A DNA stretch of 64,000 nucleotides, from positions 93,312,001 through 93,376,000 of the forward strand of contig NC_087472.1 in the NCBI RefSeq assembly GCF_036321535.1. The letters are read 5' to 3'. Shown here piece by piece: positions 27,426 through 40,201 of this stretch (positions within the stretch are counted from its first letter, which is position 1; each line of letters opens with the position of its first letter). Below the pieces are notes generated by a model, which worked only from the letters and a program-made list of their open reading frames with translations, had not been told where the DNA came from and ran no database searches. Origin of the DNA: Camelus dromedarius (lineage: Eukaryota). The translations under genes and the position numbers were made by a program.

Positions 27426-28134
27426 GAACTCTTCCAAGAAATGCCTACCTGCTACAAAACACTGCCCCCCTCATAGTAAGAATTTTTACAGACCTACTTG
27501 TTGTTCAGAGAGGAAAAAAAACCTTCAAATTTTAGTTGTCCTTGCTTATGTGTTCACTTAATGCAATCAGTATATTAGGGTGGGTTTTCCTTAAAAATTT
27601 GAAAAATAGACAAATATGATTTTCAACATCAATATAAAATGGGTCAGACCAGTCACCTCCAAGAGACAGATAACCAGCTTGCAAAACTCGACTTTAACAT
27701 GATTCAATATATTAATGTATTTAAAGAGGGTCAATCCAAAGGGGATTTAGACATGAAAGTATAAAATGAGAGTGAGAGACAGTAGAGAGAGAGATACTGA
27801 AGAATTCATTGGTAGTACACATTCAAGCATTATTGACAGGCAAGAAAGAAACATCAATTGAGATTAAGAACTCTATTCCATCGACAAGTATGCATCTAGG
27901 TATCTTAGCTTGGGACATTAAACATCAGATATATGAAATTCCTTTGTTTGGTTTCAGTCAATCTAGCCAATAATTTGGCTTCTCTTGGCATGTTTGAGCA
28001 TTTCAGTATTTGTGATGATAATTTATTTTAAGTCAATGTATTAGAATTCTGATTTTATATATCAGTATTATAACCACTGTAAATATGAATGTGTTCCTGC
28101 AGATTATGGAGCTTCTCCCAGTGTGCTTAAAAAC

Positions 28135-28270
28135 TTAGGTTTCTTGTCTCAGCTATTGTAAATAGGGCTGCTGTGAACACTGGGGTCCATGAATGGTTTC
28201 AAATTAGAGTTTCCTCCAGATATATGCCCAGAAGTGGGATTCCTGGATCATACAGTAAATCTATTTTTTG
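28135..28270 (-). mobile_element. Short L1 ORF2 3' fragment, antisense
   Basis: GCTATTGTAAATAGGGCTGCTGTGAACAC...TATATGCCCAGAAGTGGGATTCCTGGATCATA. Confidence 0.85.
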
Positions 28271-28336
28271 ATACTTACTTTCAATATTTTTTTCTACTGT
28301 GGTCTCTACAACCTTTATCATTCCCTAGCATCATTC

Positions 28337-28498
28337 CTTTTCATTATTTTTTTTAACTAATCTTATCCCCACTTTTTTTTTTTCCAAGGGGAGGTAATTA
28401 GGTTTACTTATTTTTTTTCATGGAGGTACTAGAGATTAAACACAGGACATGGTACATGCCAGGTATGCACTCTACCACTTGAGCTATACCCTTCCCCC
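28337..28498 (-). mobile_element. tRNA-derived SINE, camelid vic-1 type
   Basis: Minus strand reads GGGGAAGGGTATAGCTCAAGTGGTAGAGTGCAT (A box), a decayed B box, then CCTAATTACCTCCCC and an A-rich tail. TSD AGCATCATTC at 28327-28336 and 28499-28508. Confidence 0.85.
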
Positions 28499-28615
28499 AG
28501 CATCATTCTTCAATACAGCTTTAACAACAATAATTGAGTACCAGCCTTGTTTGAAATTTCTTTTCAAATGCAGGAAAGAATGAACCATGATTACATATAA
28601 AAAACAAGCTAAGAA

Positions 28616-29478
28616 TTATCAGAGAAATGCAAATCAAAACTACAATGAGGTATCACCTCATACCAATAAGAATGGCCATCATTCAAAAGTCCACAAATGA
28701 CAAATGCTGGAAAGAATGTGGAGAAAAGGGAACCCTTCTACACTGCTGGTGGGAATGCAGTTTGGTGCAGCCATTGTGGAAAACAGTATGGAAATTCCTC
28801 AAAAGACTAGGAATAGACTTGCCATATGACCCAATAATCCCACTCCTGGGCATATATCCAGAAGGAACCCTACTTCAGGATGACACCTGCACCCCAATGT
28901 TCATAGCAGTACTATTTACAATAGCCAATACATGGAAACAACCTAAATGTCCACTGACAGATGACTGGATAAAGAAGATGTGGTATATTTATACAATGGA
29001 ATACTACTCAGCCATAAAAAAGAATAAAATAATGCCATTTGCAGCAACATGGATGACCCTGGAGAATGTCATTCTAAGTGAAGTAAGCCAGAAAGAGAAA
29101 TAAAAATACCATATGATATCACTTATATGAGGAATCAGAAAAAAAAAAAAAGACAAAATGAACTTATTTACAAAACAGAAACAGACTCTCAGACATAGAA
29201 AACAAACTTATGGTTACCAGGGGGGAAGGTGGTGGGAAGGGACAAACTGGGAGCTCAAGATTTGCAGATACTGACTGGTATATGTAAAATAGATTAACAA
29301 GTCTATACTGTATAGTACAGGGAACTATATTCAATATCTGGTAGTAGCTTATGGTGAAAAAGAGTATGAAAATGAAGATATGTATATTCATGTATGACTG
29401 AAGCATTGTGCTGTACACCAGAAATTGACACATTGTAAACTGACTAAACTTCAACTAAAAAAAACAAAACAAGAAAAC
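28616..29478 (+). mobile_element. Young 5'-truncated L1 (ORF2 C-terminus plus 3' UTR)
   Basis: Open 158-aa frame 28627-29103 with the ORF2 Cys-rich motif [19 protein letters not shown]-rich tail; TSD CAAGCTAAGAA at 28605-28615 and 29479-29489. Confidence 0.95.
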
Positions 29479-30039
29479 CAAGCTAAGAAGCACTAGAGAA
29501 GCATGAAAAGCCATTGGTGCCAAAAACTAAAGTCCCTGAGAGGTGTTTTGGACAACAGGTGACAAAAGCCAAGTAAGAAATGTAACCACTTCCTTCCAAA
29601 CTAAGGTTTTTCAGAAATAATCAAATGCTACGCAGTTACACAAGATATTGGCTTGAGCAATTACAGACCTCTGCTTTGAATCAGATCCTCTAGGGTAAAG
29701 CCCAGTGAATAATTTTCTCTTATATGGATAGGAGCATGGTTTTAATTTTCCTTAGTCTATTTCTTCTGAATTCCTAATGATAGGATTATGCACTCATTAT
29801 AATATACATCCTCACTTCTTATCTCCTGAATGACCAGAAGTTGATACTCATTTTAATAAAAATACTTTTTTTTTTAACCAGAAACTTTTGACTGATTCAC
29901 ATTCCTGGTACTCCTTGGTATTTGGAGTCCATTTAACTCTGGGTCTCTAGAAACCAAGGATTATTTCTTCTAGGATCTGGGAACTACTTATGGAGGCCTG
30001 TGGCAAATAAATAAATGCCACACCATCTTCGTATATTGG

Positions 30040-30200
30040 GTATTTTTTGTGACATATACTTCACACTCATTATTTCATTTAATGCTTATAAAATAAATAA
30101 CTTGATGTAGAATTATCCCCATTTCACAGGTGAAGAACTGAGATTCAGTGAGGTACAGTTATCCTCAAGTGATAAAATGAACAGAGCCAGGATATGAAAA
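30040..30200 (-). mobile_element. MIR SINE, antisense
   Basis: ATTATTTCATTTAATGCTTA...ATTATCCCCATTTCACAGGTGAAGAACTGAGATTCAGTGAGGT. Confidence 0.75.
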
Positions 30201-31549
30201 AGCTCTGTTAAAATTTCTCCAGTATATAAACCTTGATTGCTTTCTTGCCAATTATATCTGTCATTGAGATTTAGACTAAGGACCTAGTCATTTTCAAGCT
30301 TTTACCTAATGAACGTAATGGAGGATGCATCCCTATTTTGTATCAAATTATTTTCTTCCTGAGACATTCCATGTATAGATTATTTTACTGAGAAATGATT
30401 CAAATGCTTTAAAAAGTACATGTGCTCTAAAACAGATTCAGGCAATGTGACAGGATGACACTCAGAAACTAATTATTATTTATTTTTATTTGTATTCTAT
30501 CTGAATAACAACCAACAGGTTTATTCACACAAACGAAGGAATCATGCACTGTAATAAATTTACTTAGGAGAAAATAAAACAGAGAGCTTGCTATTTTACA
30601 AAGAGTGGATTATATTAACATAATGGGCTATTATTCTCTTGAGAATTGGCACCTATAGTTACACAAAGCTTCAATATTGCCAACAGCCTGGTGTGTGACA
30701 ATATAAATCATATAAACTTTACCTACCTCACCTTAATCAACTAAAAAATTAGAGGTTTGATCAAGATTATTTCTAAGGTCACTTAGAGTTTACAAAATTA
30801 TCTATTGCTTTATCTATTTGCATATGTCAGTGTGATTTACAAAATGCAATGACCTATGTATGCGTGTGTATATTCAATTTTACCCGAAGAATTCCACAAG
30901 TAATACAATTTAAGTACATGATTTAATTCTTCATTGTCTATAGGAATGTTGCATAAATAAGGAGCTCAACTATAGCATGGGAAGACAAATTAAGTCTTCA
31001 AAAACTAAGTATTAGCTAATGTTTAATGGAGTGGTGGAAATGTAGTTTTACGTCACAGAACATAGATAAGACTTGGTCTAGAGATCTTGTGACCTAAATG
31101 TTTTATACAAAACACTCCTAATCCAGCAAGGCAATTTCAGATATCTTATAATCAAAGCTAAGAAACATTAGATGTTTTAATAGCCTTACAAATTTAATAG
31201 CCTTAGGAATGTCTATAATTACCCATGTTAGCAGCCAAGAGGCCTCTCAGCCAGAGGCACTCAGCCTTTAATAGCCAGCAAGCCACTCTGAATAGGGCTG
31301 AAAACACTTTTAAACCTTTTGGGGTTATTAGGGATAATTAAAAGTGGTTGAAAGTGTATAGTATCATTTATCAAAGCACTAAAAGCTGTGCCATAAGAAA
31401 TATATCACAACATTAGCAAATGCAATTCATATACTTCATTGGTTAAGATATAACCAAATAAAATAATCTAAGTAACCTAAATAAGTATATTATTTTTCAA
31501 TTTTATTACATATACAATTTAGGATATATTAGATAAAACCTAAATAAAA

Positions 31550-31722
31550 CACAGGTATATATACATAAACATGTGGACATATATATTTAAGCAATATATA
31601 TGTATATACAGATATATGCAAATTATATATGTAAACATATAAATTATGAACATATTATATACATATATAAAATATGTATGTGTAATTTATGTATAATATG
31701 TAATATACATGCATACACACAC
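31550..31722. repeat. TA/CA-rich low-complexity tract
   Basis: Degenerate (TA)n/(TATG)n. Confidence 0.75.
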
Positions 31723-34509
31723 GTAAATAATAGCTAATGCCAATTGCTCAAAGTTGCAAAGCTAGTTGACCTCCAGGGACACTGTCTTAACCCTCTATGT
31801 CTCTTATAATATTGTCATTGTTGTGCCATATAAATAGATAGATAGATAAGTAGATAGTCATTTTACCTGTAATTTCTAACTGAAGAACTAAAATGTTACT
31901 GAAAAAGTTTCTACAAATGTTACCCCAATCATGGCAGCATATTTTGGAAAGTAAGAGCCAGTAATTCACTTTGACCTAGATTCACAAGGAAAGCCTGCCT
32001 TGTATTGAGTCACTGTCATTATTTGTGATGACCTCAGTGCTGCTCATTGTTTTAATCAGGTGAAAATTATTATGTACAGAAAAAAAACCCCTTGAATACT
32101 ACATGGTTAAGTTGCCTGACAAAACCTATAGTTTCAAGATAAACACAAATGTGTCTTCAATATTTTATCCATTAACTTACAGTTGGTTGCAATTTGCAGA
32201 AAGTTATAAAGAGGATTCTCAGGCTGTCTGCAACTACATTTACCATACATATATTTAAGCTAAAGGGAATTACTAAATAATAATTACTAAATAATTAAAA
32301 ACTGATATGAAAAACACTTGCATGGCAATGAACAGCTCCATTAATAGTTAACTAAAACAGGGTACCTCTTCCTCTTATTGTATGGTCAACAAAATATTTA
32401 CTTGGTCTTCTTCCTCGTGGTTTTCTAGAACTATAAAAACTTCAAAAAGCCAAACAAACAACTGGATGGGACTAAATTCCTTATATAGTACTTGAGTAGA
32501 TAGCTATCTCAGCTCTCAACTGACAAAAAAGTATATCCTATTATAATTCTTTAAAAGACAAAAATGAGCACTTCAATTTTATAAAGTGCTCATTTTTATC
32601 TCTAAAGGTATAACTATTCTAAACATCTGTGCACACTTGTCTGTTAACACTTTTATTATGGTATAATTCCTGTAAACTATACATATATCAGATGTAAAAT
32701 TTGATGAATTTTGATTTACAGTTTAAAATTCAAAAAATTTACATACCTAACCAAATGATAAGACTGACCAATGGTTAATCCTTAGTGTGCCAGCATCCTT
32801 CTATGATACTTCACTGGGCTAAGTAGTCATTTTCCTTTTACTACATACCAAAAGTCAATGTTTCTACATGTCCAGTGCCCTACATCACATAGCAAGCCTG
32901 CTTTTCGTCAGAAATGAGCAGGCCAATTGTGTATGAGGAGTAGAAGTTACCTAAAAGGAGCCTTCTAAGGGGCAAAGACAATGGCCTTTTCCTTACAACC
33001 AAACTTTTCGAGATGGTTTTTTCATTGTTGCCTCACAGCCCTAAATTTCATCAAGAATTTCATGTTTTCATATGCAAATACCTAGGATTAAATAAACGGT
33101 TCCCACCTTAAAGTGAATGTATTTGATCTTATCACCAGAACTGAGATCTACAACTCTGAGGAATGGAAAGAGAGCCAAGGGACAGAAATAGAACAGCAGC
33201 AAGGAGTGGGTTTTGGCATGCTGGTGGAGGTCATGGGAAAAGGAGAGTGAGAGAGTGTCCAAAAGGAACAGTGTACTACAAAGTCACCCTCGAGACACCC
33301 TTGTAAGCAAGTAACTGTTCATTTATATATTTCTCAGATATTTGCAGGAAGAGATCTAGGCATGCTTATCAACAAACTAAACAGAATGGACTTTGTCTAA
33401 TGCAGTAAATATGTCAGAGATATTTAGTGTCCCTACAACATCTATAGTATCACTGTGCGTTATTATTTGGGCAATAATTATTTTGAATTATTAGAAATAA
33501 TCACCAAAAAAGCTTATTTAGAACTCTATCTGTTGAGAGTTTTGTTATTTATATTCAGTGGCCTCAGTGAGAGAGCATTTTCTTACATATATCTGATCCC
33601 AGGGAAACAGCTCCTTTGAAAGAAAGGAACCAAGCATGTAGGAAAGTCCGTGTGAGTTACAGAGATAATCTTCCAGAAAACACTCATCTCAGAAGATATT
33701 ATTTTTACTTGCCTGAAGCCAGAGGTTTTTTTCCAACTCTTTCAAAACAAATGAAAAACTTGATACTTAGAGCAGGCAGAGTAAAAGGGCAAAGTGTATT
33801 AGAGCCTTAATAGTGACTGCTCTGTGGTGGGGGGTAGGGGGAGGCGACTGGCCGCCATGGATCAATAGACATTTATCTGGATGAGGATCTGAGGCTCTAA
33901 AAGAGAGAACTCAGCATGAGGGAAGAGACAATCAGAGAGGCAGCTTGATCCAGGAAAAACTTTACTGGAGTCAGGGGAGAGGAGCAATTCTAAGTATTAT
34001 GTGGTATCATTCACTCTCCCATTCCTTCATCAGAAATAGGAAACACAGGAGCAGTAAGTACCCTCTTAGAGCCTAAGCAGCCTGAGATACAGCCAAACTC
34101 GTGGATACACCTATGCACAGCAACGGAAGGAAAGACAGGAGCAGGGGGAGCAGAAATATACCATGGGCACTATATTGTAGAAGACCAGATACTTTTATGA
34201 GAACATGTGAGGCACTCCTTTGGGAGTCCAAGAAATTCCAAAGAATAGAGAAGGAGACTACTTGAGTGAGAGAACAGTATCTAGCATGGACAATAAAAAA
34301 CAACAAAAAAAGGATCTGGCCAAAAATGATACTTTTATCTTCCTTGATGGAGAGCCATCCTGATACACTCTCAGGGATTAAAATAGTTTCACAGTTTGCC
34401 GTATAATAAAACAAAACTCAACCTGCATGTTCTTGATACATGTTATTAGTAGGGAGACAGTCAATTTGTTCCTAATGTACATGCATTTCTGTACTGAACA
34501 GAGTAAGTA

Positions 34510-34592
34510 GACAAGATAGCAGAATGATTAAGAGCATGAACTTTGGAGCCAAAATGACTGAGTCTGAATCCCAGCTCTGCTACCTACTAGCA
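34510..34592 (+). mobile_element. MIR 5' fragment
   Basis: GATTAAGAGCATGAACTTTGGAGCC...TGAATCCCAGCTCTGCTACCTACTAGC. Confidence 0.75.
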
Positions 34593-34679
34593 GTTCTTAG
34601 TTCTTACTGTTGCTTTGTAGACCAAAAGTATCAAAACTCTTAAGAGCTCAAAACACTGAACTTACACAGTAAATATAGG

Positions 34680-35012
34680 AAGGGACTGCTGACCTCCAGC
34701 TGGCAGCCCCTTCAAGGTCAGCCTCTTCCTAGGGGCAGCATGTGCCCACTGACAGTCAGGCAGGGTGTAAAGGCTTTGTGGGATGGAAAGGCCCTGCCAT
34801 TTCAGCCCAAAGCAGGACACTCTGATGGGCAGTACTTGCTCCAGAGTCCCCCCACTGGGTTGGCCAAGGCTTTGTCAGGCCTGCATCACAGATCAGCTTC
34901 TTCCTCTGTCCAGTCCTGCCTTCTCCCTCTTCCTTTCACAGATACTGATTCCAAATAAATATTTTGTCTCTCACAAACTGTCTCAGCATCTGCTTCAGCA
35001 GAACCTGTAAGT
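34680..35012 (+). mobile_element. ERVL solo LTR (LTR16-like)
   Basis: ACTCTGATGGGCAGTACTTGCTCCAGAG...TTCCTCTGTCCAGTCCTGC...AATAAA...GTCTCAGCATCTGCTTC. Confidence 0.8.
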
Positions 35013-35269
35013 TTGCATCACACAAATTCATCAATTTATATTTATATATGAATGCCCTTTATAAACCTAATGTCAATTCAGGGAATTGTATTATTATATA
35101 AAATATTCATAAACTATATTAATGGCAAGCATCTAAAGATGTATTTATAGTTTTATGGGAACATAATAACACATCTGAAATAAATTTGAAATACTACTAG
35201 AATATTAGATATTTAAAATCTGGAAAATTTATTTGGAAGATTCTAGAACCATTGCCATTACACCAAATA

Positions 35270-35600
35270 AATTACTCATGAATTCAAGTGACCAATATCT
35301 ACTGAGTACTAACTAGCCAATCTGTGTACTACACATGGTAGATAATAAAGCTGAAATGATACCTCCCATCGTGGAGCTCATGGTCCAATGGGGAAGAATG
35401 ATACTAAAAAAACTATATATACACATATAATTTAATGATATCCAGGAAAGGTACTGAGTATTAAAAAAGCATACAGAAAGGGTAAGCTTACTTAGTCTGG
35501 AGAGACAAAGTACATATTTAAACTGAGATGTAAAGGATGAGCATGTGCTAGCCACACAAAATAAGTAGGGAACCAGTTCCCAGGTCTGGGTTGGAAGAGT
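35270..35600 (-). mobile_element. L2 fragment, antisense
   Basis: ATATCTACTGAGTACTAACTA...CATCGTGGAGCTCATGGTCCAATGGGG...AACTGAGATGTAAAGGATGAG. Confidence 0.65.
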
Positions 35601-35665
35601 CTTGCAAAATATTCCTTTTAGCATCCCACTGGAGGATGTGCTCCATTAAAAAAAGAAGTATCAGT

Positions 35666-38483
35666 GGAGTGATACTGCCAAGATGGTGTCATAAGTCGTT
35701 CCTGACTGAGCTGCCCTTCATGGGAATAACAACTGACAACAATTCAAGAACAAGACAAGATAAGACCGAGAGAATCCTAGAACACTTGGATGAGGCTAAA
35801 GAACCCCCTATACCACAGAGATCAAGACAGACTGCATTAGAAGGGTAAAGGAAGTGGCTACAAAGTGACTATAACTGCATCTCCCCCAGGCCAGTGCAGA
35901 CTATGTGGAGAGGTCTCCCCTGAGCCTCTGGTTCCTCCAGTGAGAAAAAAGAACCCAGGGTGGCAAACAGCTCCCCCCAGCATTGTGGATCACCTTATAG
36001 GAGCCTCTACTCTGGTCTTGTACCATGGGGACTTCAGGGGAACATGTGGGGTTCATCTACTAGGAAGGTGACTGAGATGAAGAAGTAGGGAGGGGCTCAC
36101 AACAAGCAGCACATGACTCTTGGTAGACCAAGTTCCTGCCTGCAGTGCCCAAGTAGTAGTCCCAACCAGCAGCTATGCTCACCTGTAGAATCAAACTGGT
36201 GGTGCACTCACCAGGGAATTTGCTGGGGTGCAAGTCTAACTTACTTGGGTCCTCAAATGAGGGGTTTTGCCAGCCCTAGTGACTGGTTTGCAGGCAAGGA
36301 GCTGAGTCATAGCCTTACCCACCAGGGAGGGTGTCTCTCAGCCTCATCTGGCCACAGGACCTAGAAAGAGCACACAGAAGCTGTGTAGCCCAGCAGTGCT
36401 TGGGCTGAGAAGCAAGCAGATAGAAGTGATCACCTCCAGAGCAAAGCCAGTACCAGGTTTGGAGGGTTCCCCTGTTACACCCAGGCAAGATGAGTCAGAG
36501 CTCAGGCTGAGCAAAACTCTAGGGCCCTCCAGACCAGAAAGCCTGTTTGGGAAAAATTAGGAGAGGCCTAGAGCAGCCCTTCGCCACCCTACCCAGTCAG
36601 GGGAACTGAGACATAGGCCTACCCTCCATGCATACTGTCTCCCAGTCCCATCTGACAAGAAGGGTGAGCAGGAAGAGCACTAGAGGCTGTGTAACTAGCC
36701 ACTCTCAAGCTGAGAGGTGGGGAGGTGGAGACGATAGTCTGCAGAGCAAATCTAGCAGCCCTGTTCAGCCAGAGAGCTTAGGGCACAGGCTGGCTTGAAT
36801 TACAAACAAAGCTTTAGAGCTGGTTCTCTCCTGCTGCACCTGGACATAGAAACTAATTTGTAGCCCTGCCCATTGCTGAATATAGCCTTCATCCTGGCCA
36901 GTAAGGAAACCTAACCCATTCAACAGCCCTGCTTACAGTGTCACTTGAACAGAGAGTATAGCCTGTGGCTTTCTGTGTCTACAGAGCAAATCTGTGGCCT
37001 CACATGTACAGGATATTCATTGCACACTCTTGCCTGATTTGGGTCCCAAACAACCAGCTGAATAGGCCAGGTCTCATTCTTTGGCCCTGCTAGGACAGGG
37101 AACCTAATTCATAGCCCCATCTATTACTGGGGCTATATAGTGCCCAGTTTCAACCATCTAGTAAGCCTGATCAGAGAATCCAGGCAACTGCAGAGCCTAT
37201 CTTACAGCTTCATGTGGGTAAGGAACAAAGCCTGGAGGCCTATCCAGCTGTTCTCAGTCAATGGCATCCCTTATCCCAGCCCTCAGAACTAAAAAAAATT
37301 GCCTTGGACAAAAATAGACCATAATAGCAGACCCAACCTGCCCAAGGAAATTACCAGCATACAAACCCAGAAACCCAAGCTGAGTTGACTGGTGAAGATC
37401 TGTCTGTGCAAAGCAAATCTATAAAGTTTGGAAGAGGACAGTTAATCAAATGTGCTCTACCATAACTAAAATGGTACGTTTAGATACCAATATAAGGAAT
37501 CAAGGATAACAAAATGTCAGGTAAATACGACCCTATGAAAGGAAACCATTAAAGCTCCAATAAATGATCCTGAAGAAACAGAGATCCATGAAGAATCAGA
37601 CTAAGAATTCAAAATAATCCTCTTAAGGATGTTTAGTGAGATATGAGAAAACACAGACAGGCAACTAAACGAAATTAGGAAAACAATGCATGAACAAAAT
37701 GAGAAGTTTGACAAAGAAATAGAAACCATCAAAAACAAACAAACAGAAATCCTAGAGTTGAAAAACACAATAAATAAATGGAGAATTCAGCAGTTTACAA
37801 GGCAGACTCAACCATGCAGAAGAAAGAATTAGCAACCTGGAGGATATTATTAGACATTATCCATTAAGAGAAGCAAAATGAAAGAAGAGTTAAAAAGAGT
37901 AAAAAAAAAAAAATGCCTCTGAGACTAATGGAACACAATGAAAAGAAATAATATTCGCATTTTGGAAATTCCAGAAAGAGAAGAGAAAGAGAAAGGTATA
38001 GAATGATATTTAAAGCAATAATGGCTAAAACTTCCTGAACCTGGGGAAGAGAAATGGACATCCAGAACCATGAGGCCCAAAGGACCCCAAATAGTCTGAA
38101 CCTGAATAGGGTTACACCAAAATACATTATAATTAAACTGTCAAAAGTTAGACAAAGAAAGAATTTTTAAAGCATCAAGAAAAAAAGAGAAATTACATAA
38201 AAGGGAACCCGCCTAAGACAATTAGCAGATATCTTGACAGAAACTTTTCAGGCCAGCAGAAAATGGGATGACATATTCAAAATACTGAAAGAAAAAAAGC
38301 TATTAACCAAGAATTCTAAATCCAGTGAAACTGTCCTTCAGAAATAAAGGAGAGATAAGGATTTTTCCAAATAAACAACAGCTGAGAGAGTTCATTATCT
38401 CTAGACCTGACTTACAAGAAATACTAAAGGTAGTTCTTTAAGTAGAAATAAAAGGAAGCTAATTAACACCATTAATACATAAA
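35666..38483 (+). mobile_element. Older L1 5' UTR plus decayed ORF1
   Basis: Starts GATACTGCCAAGATGG (YY1-type CAAGATGG of L1 5' ends). GC-rich 5' UTR to ~37450. A-rich ORF1 with AGAAAATGGGATGACATATTCAAA and CCAAGAATTCTAAATCCAG (W..IF / PRILYP motifs), ending ~38440. Confidence 0.88.
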
Positions 38484-40201
38484 AAGGAAAACACAACCAC
38501 ACAAAATCTAAGGGATGCAGCAAAGGCAGTGCTAAGACGGAAGCTTATAGCTATACAGGCCTTCCTCAAAAAAGAACAATCTCAAATAAACAATCTAACC
38601 TACCAGCTAAAACAATTAGAAAAAGAAGAGCAAAAAAACTAAAAATCAGCAGAAGGAAGGAAATAATAAAGATCAGGGAGGAAATAAATAAAACACTGAT
38701 TTAAAAAAATAGAAAAAAATCAATCAAGCCAAGAGCTGGTTTTTTGAAAGAGTAAATAAAATCGACAAACCTCTAGCCAAGTTCATGAGGAAGAGAAGAG
38801 AGAAAGCGCAAATAAGCAAAATAAGAAAGGAAAATGTAGAAATTACAACCAATACCACAGAAATACAAAATATCATACGGGAATACTATGAACAATTATA
38901 TGGAAGCAAAATGGATAAGCTAGAAGAAATGGACAAGTTTCTGGAAACATACAGTCCACCAAGACTGAATCAAAAAGAAACTGACCACTTAAACAAATTG
39001 ATCACTAGAAATGAAATCAAATTAGCAATGAAAAACCTCTCATTAAATCGTATGAGCTGCTTATATATTCTGTAGATCAAGCCTTTGTCAGTTTCATTTG
39101 CAAAAATTTTCTCCCATTCCGTAGGTTGTCTTTTTGCTTTACTTATGGTCTCCTTCGCTGTGCAGAAGCTTGTAAGTTTCATTAGGTCCCATTTGTTTAT
39201 TCTTGCTTTTATTTCTATTACTTGAGCAGACTGTCCTAGGAGAACATTTTTGAGATGTATGCCAGATAATGTTTTGCCCATATTTTCTTCTGGGAGGTTT
39301 ATTGTATCTTGTCTTATGTTTAAGTATTTGATCCATTTTGAGTTTATTTTTGTGTATGGTGTAAGGGAGTGTTCCAGCTTCACTGCTTTACATGCTGGTC
39401 TCCAGTTTTCCCAATACCATTTGCTGAAGAGGCTGTCTTTATTCCATTGTATATTCTTGCCTCCTTTGTTGAAGATTAGTTGACCAAAAGTTTGTGGGTT
39501 CATTTCTGGGCTCTCTATTCTGTTCTATTGGTCTATATGTCTGTTTGACTAGGAATAGACTTACCGTATGACCCAGGAATCCCGCTCCTGGGCATATATA
39601 CAGAAGGAACCCTACTTCAGGATGACACCTGCACCCCAATGTTCATAGCAGCACTATTTACAATAGCCAAAACATGGAGACAGCCTAAATGTCCATCAAT
39701 GGATGATTAGATAAAGAAGATGTGGTATATTTATACAATGGAATACTACTCAGCCATAAAAACCGACAACATAACACCATTTGCAGCAACATGGATGCTC
39801 CTGGAGAATGTCATTCTAAGTGAAGTAAGCCAGAAAGAAAAATATCATATGAGATCGCTCATCTGTGGAATCTAAAAACACACACAAACACACATACACA
39901 CACACAAAGCATAAATACAAAACAGAAACAGACTCATAGACATAAAATACAAACTTGTGGTTGCCAAAGGGGTGGAAGGTGGGAAGGGATAGACTGGGAT
40001 TTCAAAATTGTAGAATAGATAAACAAGATTATACTGTATAGCACAGGGAAATATATACAAGATCTTATGGTAGCTCACGGAGAAAAAAAGTGACAATGAA
40101 TATATATATATGTTCATGTATAACTGAAAAATTGTGCTCTACGCTGGAATTTGATACAACATTGTAAAATGATTATAAATCAATAAAAAATGTTTAAAAA
40201 A
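38484..40201 (+). mobile_element. Younger rearranged L1: sense ORF2 piece, inverted ORF2 piece, sense 3' end
   Basis: Sense 38484-39041 (ORF 38785-39075, IIREYYEQLY). Antisense 39042-39546 (ORF 38970-39503, KWDLMKLTSFCTAKE). Sense 39547-40201 ending AATAAA plus A-rich tail. The 3' part closely resembles the L1 at 28616-29478. Confidence 0.92.

Noticed and set aside
28627..29103. 158-aa ORF as a host gene
   Set aside because: It is the C-terminus of L1 ORF2 within a TSD-flanked, 5'-truncated insertion.
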